From: a virus
Lineage: Duplodnaviria > Caudoviricetes
Direction: 5' to 3' (one strand)
IMG/VR virus record: IMGVR_UViG_3300015171_000005
Coordinates: 1-59,504 of that record
Length of the DNA stretch: 59,504 nt
The position numbers and the translations under genes were made by a program. The notes beneath the pieces were generated by a model, which was given only the letters and a program-made list of their open reading frames with translations, made no database searches and had not been told where the DNA came from. Of this stretch, positions 54,715 through 59,504 are shown piece by piece. Within the stretch, counting starts at the first letter, position 1; every line of letters starts with the position of its first letter.

Positions 54715-55422
54715 CTTTAACTGTTTTTCCTCTTTCGGGATAGAGTGCTTGAATTCGCTACTGAGTTCTTCGAATGCATAATCGCCCCCGACGAATCCAA
54801 AACAGCTATTGCGGTTCGGCTGCTCGACGTATGTGCCACCTGATTTCTTGAACTCGGTAATGACATACCCCCAGCAGTCGCCGCTGACCCATTTGTTGTA
54901 TTCCTCCAACATCGATGCGACTGTGCTGTCAACGCACTGCTGTCGCTTATTCGGCTTCAAGCCGGCGAGATAATTCGTCATTTCTTTGTCAGGTATCCAC
55001 ACGGCATCTGTTCGATCGTCTTCACTGATTTCATATTCATCGTTGTATGAAGTCAGGCAAACAGCGTAAGGCGTTCCTAATTTGCCAGCAGCGCAGGCTT
55101 CTTCCCAGAGCAAGACAGCTACACGCTCGCGTCGTTCTTCCTCATGGATGTTTACCCGAGTGAGGTAGTCTTCAAACTGCGAATAATCGGGCTCGCCGTC
55201 CGAGTCGCGGCCAATGTGCTCATTGAAATTCCGAGTGATGATTTCGCCGTTACCATCGCCTTCGAATGGATTCGAACAATCTGTATCGGGAATCAGATAC
55301 CCGACGATGACATACGTTTTGTCGTGGTTTGTCCAGACATGCAACTCCTGCATGTCTCTTTCTTCTATTTCTATTTCAAGTTCTTCCAGCAGGGATGAAG
55401 CAGCGTTGTCGGTAAGGATCAT
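54703..55422 (-). CDS. acidic hypothetical protein, AT-richer
   Basis: ATGA coupling to the polymerase. Confidence 0.75.
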   Translation of the reverse strand: MILTDNAASSLLEELEIEIEERDMQELHVWTNHDKTYVIVGYLIPDTDCSNPFEGDGNGEIITRNFNEHIGRDSDGEPDYSQFEDYLTRVNIHEEERRERVAVLLWEEACAAGKLGTPYAVCLTSYNDEYEISEDDRTDAVWIPDKEMTNYLAGLKPNKRQQCVDSTVASMLEEYNKWVSGDCWGYVITEFKKSGGTYVEQPNRNSCFGFVGGDYAFEELSSEFKHSIPKEEKQLKLSL

Positions 55423-57413
55423 TTCGAGTAATGCCGTGCGTGCCCGCCTTCCGCGAAAAGCGGAAGGTCAGGACACCACGGTGGGGGGACGGCCATGACG
55501 TGCATCAAATCCTTGAAGCACTTCGGGGCCTGCTTGGTGGGCGCAAGACATACCAATTCGTCGTACGTCATCATCACGACGCGCCAGCGCTTGCCGATCT
55601 CGATCATCTGATCCGTGATGATGACGTTAGCCAACGCCTGAACGATGTTCTCCGTGAGCAGCCCGCCATAAATTTTGGAAGGCGAACCCTTGCGGTCATA
55701 CACCCAGTCGATGCCGGTTTCGCTGTGTTTCTCGCGGACGTTCGGATACTTGAGACACATGCCGTTGGGGAGCCATACGCGTTCTTTTTCCCAGCGCAGG
55801 CATTTCCATTCACCTTCATGCCCGCGCACCATGTCGCGGATGATGTCGCTGCATATTTCCCAAAATTCAACGATCTTGTCATGCTGCTTGCGATAGAGAT
55901 AGACGATGCGCTGGCATTCAGGAAGCTCCATGAAGACAGGATCGCCTCCAAGCGCGCCCACGGCCAACGTCGTCTGGAAACGCGGGGGGCCCATCTGGTA
56001 GCCGAGCCCGAGCTTACCGACCTTGCCGATGAAACGCTGCGTCGGGTGGTCTTCTTTGTTGATCTCGTAGCCGTAGATCGAATCGGCGAAGATGCTGTAG
56101 GGATCGCGACCCGTGCCTGCGTCGGCGGCACGGAATTCATTCAATGAATCTTCCTGCCCGCTGATCCACGCGACCACGCGAGCTTCGATCTGGCCTGAAT
56201 CCGCCACGATGACCTCATGCCCGGCTGGTGCAAGGATCGACTTACGAAGCTCGCCGCCGCGTTTCAGGTTCAGCATGTTCATCTTGTTGCCGCCCGATGG
56301 CCTGCCGGTGTGCGCGCCGTAGTACTGGATCATCACCGGGAGCTTGGCTCCGTTCGCACTGGCTGACAGGAAGCGTCCTGCTCGTGTTTCATTGGTCGTG
56401 GACTTGACGGAGAGCCGCGCTTCGACCAGTTCACGTACCTGTGGATTGTGGTGCTCTTGCAGCGCGAGGAATTCTTCGTCGGTCTTCGAGAAGGCGAAGA
56501 TTTTTTTGGCCGGATTCGTTGGGCTGCTTTTCATTGGAGGCACCACGCCGCAAGCAGTCAGCATATCGGCGAAAACAGCAGGCTTGGCGATCTCTTTTTT
56601 GGCGTATTCAAGCGCCTTCGTGCGCCCCATCATGATGATGAGTTTGACTTGTTCAGTCTTGCTACCGACTGCTGCCAGTATCTTGCGCTCCTTGTCGGCG
56701 ATCTCACGTTCCAGTTCCTTCTCGACGCGGGCACGATCGACTTCAAGGATCGGATCGCAGAACATGCGCAGGAATTGATCGACAAGAAGAAGTTCGCGTT
56801 CGGGGAAGAACGGCAGCATCCTGTGAAATATGGCGTAGCAGAGATCGACATCGACCGTGCAGTATTCTGCCATTTGGTCGTAAAGTGATGTGCGTTTGTA
56901 GTTTGACGCGTCAGTGATTGCGTGAAGATCAAGCACGCCGCATGAGCGCACTAATATGTCTTCGAGCTTATTGCCTTCACCATAGAACTCGGCAACCGAG
57001 TTCAAACCCTTGTCGATGTCGTTGCCATGCAGGCCGCGCGCCATCGAGAGCGTGTCGAGATAGCGCCGAGGGACGACGTTGTAGTGCGTCTTCATGATGA
57101 AGCCGTCGAACGCGGTGTTGTGGCACAGGAGATCGGTCTTGGTCCAATCGATCTGTCCGAAGCGTCGATTGATTTGCTTGCTTTCGAGCACGATCGTCGG
57201 GCCGGTACCGACTTTCACGCCGCACATGTGCGCCTTGAAGCGCTTGTCGCGGATGTACTCGCTGGTAGAAAGCTTGCGCAGCGTGTAGTCCTTGTCCCAG
57301 TAGGTTTCGAAGTCCAGCGTTATGATGTCTTCGCGATACTCGACCTTCTTTGGTTTGGCGCGCGGTGCAAGCTTGACCACTTCCTTCTTCTGAACTGCCG
57401 ATCCCCACCCCAT
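55419..57413 (-). CDS. DNA polymerase family A with 3'-5' exonuclease
   Basis: Exo LDFETY / HNTAFD / YC..D; motif A DSGQIEARV, motif B R..GK...LGLGY, motif C TYDE; TGATG start at 57413. Confidence 0.93.
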   Translation of the reverse strand: MGWGSAVQKKEVVKLAPRAKPKKVEYREDIITLDFETYWDKDYTLRKLSTSEYIRDKRFKAHMCGVKVGTGPTIVLESKQINRRFGQIDWTKTDLLCHNTAFDGFIMKTHYNVVPRRYLDTLSMARGLHGNDIDKGLNSVAEFYGEGNKLEDILVRSCGVLDLHAITDASNYKRTSLYDQMAEYCTVDVDLCYAIFHRMLPFFPERELLLVDQFLRMFCDPILEVDRARVEKELEREIADKERKILAAVGSKTEQVKLIIMMGRTKALEYAKKEIAKPAVFADMLTACGVVPPMKSSPTNPAKKIFAFSKTDEEFLALQEHHNPQVRELVEARLSVKSTTNETRAGRFLSASANGAKLPVMIQYYGAHTGRPSGGNKMNMLNLKRGGELRKSILAPAGHEVIVADSGQIEARVVAWISGQEDSLNEFRAADAGTGRDPYSIFADSIYGYEINKEDHPTQRFIGKVGKLGLGYQMGPPRFQTTLAVGALGGDPVFMELPECQRIVYLYRKQHDKIVEFWEICSDIIRDMVRGHEGEWKCLRWEKERVWLPNGMCLKYPNVREKHSETGIDWVYDRKGSPSKIYGGLLTENIVQALANVIITDQMIEIGKRWRVVMMTYDELVCLAPTKQAPKCFKDLMHVMAVPPPWCPDLPLFAEGGHARHYSK

Positions 57414-57694
57414 CAGATTTCTCCGCGCATACGTGCGAGCACAAAGGATTTCATCATTGGTTCGTCGTCTTTCAATGCGTGCCAAAGTTCGGGGTTCGCG
57501 GCCCGGTCGAATCCGAGTTCCAAGTTGAACTCTAGAACGAACTCAGGCCCCAAGTACGTGAGCCTTCCGTATTTCACATACTTCAATTCCATATGTTGCA
57601 AAGTGCGCTCGTCGATGATGTGGAAGGTAAAATGTATGCGACGGTGTTCAATGGCCGCGTTGACCGATATGAATTTGAGGTCTTCGATTTTCAC
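57413..57694 (-). CDS. hypothetical protein
   Basis: Stop overlaps the polymerase start. Confidence 0.65.
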   Translation of the reverse strand: MKIEDLKFISVNAAIEHRRIHFTFHIIDERTLQHMELKYVKYGRLTYLGPEFVLEFNLELGFDRAANPELWHALKDDEPMMKSFVLARMRGEI

Positions 57695-57706
57695 CGGCTG
57701 TCTTTT

Positions 57707-57934
57707 TCACGAGACTCGTCTCTTTACCCAATGAGTAGCAGCAGCCGCATTAGCGAGATCATCTGCTTCGCTTCGATTTTTGGATGTACCGTTCTTGATG
57801 TGTCTACATGTTGCACTCAACCAAGATACATCGCGAATCGGACTTGACGCGTGCGACGTGTCATACCAGACCGTCCACGTGATGTTATAGATTCGGAACC
57901 GATAGCCTCTGGATTCAAGTTCGTGTCGGTTCAT
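57707..57934 (-). CDS. hypothetical protein
   Basis: ATGA coupling to the helicase. Confidence 0.6.
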   Translation of the reverse strand: MNRHELESRGYRFRIYNITWTVWYDTSHASSPIRDVSWLSATCRHIKNGTSKNRSEADDLANAAAATHWVKRRVS

Positions 57935-59271
57935 TCCATCAGTTCCAGCAGGTTGTCCATCCGCGCTTGCTTCAGTTCGAGCTTCTTGAAGATGCCGGGT
58001 TCGATCGTGCCATCCGCTAAGATGGCGATGATCTCGGTTTTCTGGGTCTGCCCTGCGCGCGCATGCCTGCGATTGCCCTGCACCCACCATTCCAGATCGT
58101 CGGGCGGCGACGGCCAGATCGTTGCCGTGGCCTTGGTCAGCGTCAGGCCATGGGCGGCTGATTTGGGGTGCGCGAACATGGCTTGGTAGAAGCCCGCTTG
58201 GAAGTGCTGCTTCATGTCTTCGCGTTGCCGGTCAGTGGCCTCACCGTCGAAGACACAGAACTTCATCTTGCGCGCCTTGGCCATCAACACCATTTCATCA
58301 CGCTGGTGCTTCCAGAGGTAGAACACGATCACGTGCTTGCGAGCTTCGATCAAGTCCATGACCAGTTCATATCGCCCGTCGTCGATCACGTGATATTTGT
58401 TGGGGCTTTCGTACACGGCTCCTGACGCGATCTGGAGCAGCTTGGTGCGTGCGGCGGCGGCGTTGATGGCTGTCACCATGCCTTTGTTCATGAGCGCGAT
58501 GGCGTCCTGCCTCATGGATTCGTAGGCCACGCTTTGCTTCTTGGATGGGTAATACTTGACGACGACGGTCTTGGTTGCCGGGATGTCGATGCAGTCTTCG
58601 AATTTGTGCCGGATGGTGATGTCGGCAAGCTGGGCTGCGACGGCTTCTTCGGCTCCGGGCTTGTCGATCCACTTGATCATTTCCGTCCGGGGGCCGACTT
58701 GTTCGGGAATGCACACGGCCTGCCGGAATGCATAGAAGCTCTGGCCCAGCCGCTTACCGTCATCCAGAAAGAAAGCCTGATTCCAGACATCGCAGATTGT
58801 GTTGGAGTTCGGTGTGCCAGTCATGTTGCGGCGGATGTCAAAATGCTTCTTGATCAAGTTCAGCGCCCGGCTGCGCCCGCTGGTGTGGTGCTTGAACGAC
58901 GACGATTCATCGACCACGATGCGGTCGAATTTCTTGAAGAAATCCTTGGGCTGCTTGGCGATCCAGTTCACCGCGTCGATGTTGGTGATGTAGATGTCTG
59001 CGGGAGTGACGAAAGCATCCATGCGATTGGACGCATGTGCAATGCTGGTCACGAGATGTGGAGTGAATTCCTTGGCGTCGTCGCCCCATGCGTTGCGCAA
59101 GATCGACTTGGGTGCTAACACCAGCATGGACTTGCCACGCGTTCGATTGCGGTCGAAGTCTTCGAGTTCAACTCGCGTCTTGGCGGTGCCCGGATCGCTC
59201 ATGTCGAAGACGCGCTCGCGCGATTTCAGAAACTTCAGGCTTTCCTTCTGGTGAGAATAGAGCGGTTTCAT
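57931..59271 (-). CDS. SNF2-like SF2 helicase
   Basis: YSHQ, DPGTAKT (Walker A variant), VVDESS, MTGTP, HGLTL, Q.N.R..R.GQ. Confidence 0.92.
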   Translation of the reverse strand: MKPLYSHQKESLKFLKSRERVFDMSDPGTAKTRVELEDFDRNRTRGKSMLVLAPKSILRNAWGDDAKEFTPHLVTSIAHASNRMDAFVTPADIYITNIDAVNWIAKQPKDFFKKFDRIVVDESSSFKHHTSGRSRALNLIKKHFDIRRNMTGTPNSNTICDVWNQAFFLDDGKRLGQSFYAFRQAVCIPEQVGPRTEMIKWIDKPGAEEAVAAQLADITIRHKFEDCIDIPATKTVVVKYYPSKKQSVAYESMRQDAIALMNKGMVTAINAAAARTKLLQIASGAVYESPNKYHVIDDGRYELVMDLIEARKHVIVFYLWKHQRDEMVLMAKARKMKFCVFDGEATDRQREDMKQHFQAGFYQAMFAHPKSAAHGLTLTKATATIWPSPPDDLEWWVQGNRRHARAGQTQKTEIIAILADGTIEPGIFKKLELKQARMDNLLELME

Positions 59272-59447
59272 TTGGGCCAATGAAGAAAGAAATCAGAGAT
59301 CGGTCGTACTTGCTCATCTTCCAAGCACGATGCCTTGGCGGAATCTTCCGAACGAAAAAGTTGGGCGTGCAGGATGTTTCAAGTGTATGAGTTGGGTCCA
59401 CCCGGCATCGCTAGAAAATCCTTACCACGAACGATGACGTATTTCAT
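59268..59447 (-). pseudogene. small gene with an internal TGA
   Basis: MKYVIVRGKDFLAMPGGPNSYT*NILHAQLFRSEDSAKASC...WPK*; the final stop overlaps the helicase ATG. Confidence 0.5.
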
Positions 59448-59504
59448 CCGACGCACCTGTGAAGGAGAAAAACCAACCCCAGCAGTACGCTCGTCATGAG
59501 ATAG

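Noticed and set aside
59379-59381. Genome-wide stop-codon reassignment
   Set aside because: TGA, TAA and TAG all terminate well-coupled genes elsewhere, and neither tRNA is a suppressor.
1-59504. Window as a complete circular genome or a prophage
   Set aside because: Joining the ends puts a stop three codons into the continuation of the gene cut at position 1; no integrase, repressor, att site or host genes were recognised.

Overview
The window is most of the genome of a GC-rich, probably podovirus-like tailed dsDNA phage. It is not circularly closed: the gene cut at position 1 does not continue at the right end. The + strand (3.9-45.7 kb) carries packaging, head, fibre, lysis and large internal-virion genes: TerS, intein-containing TerL, portal, scaffold, N4-gp56-like major capsid, GH19 endolysin and spanins. 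The - strand carries replication and early genes (SNF2-like helicase, family A DNA polymerase, SSB-like protein, exonuclease, VRR-NUC, two tRNAs, many small ORFs). An origin-like element lies at 200-470. No integrase, CRISPR array or reverse transcriptase was seen. The standout is four putative homing endonuclease genes, each inserted in a way that keeps its host gene intact. (1) An EndoVII-type nuclease gene with its own RBS is overprinted out of frame inside the TerL intein. (2) An HNH gene brings a fully synonymously recoded replacement 3' end for its target gene and is fused to the original end. (3) An HNH-AP2 gene brings a replacement 5' end. (4) An antisense HNH probably did the same. 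Also notable are a structured capsid 5' leader that pairs with the Shine-Dalgarno, covarying hairpins in the early region and two atypical tRNAs. All product calls come from motif recognition by eye, not from database searches.
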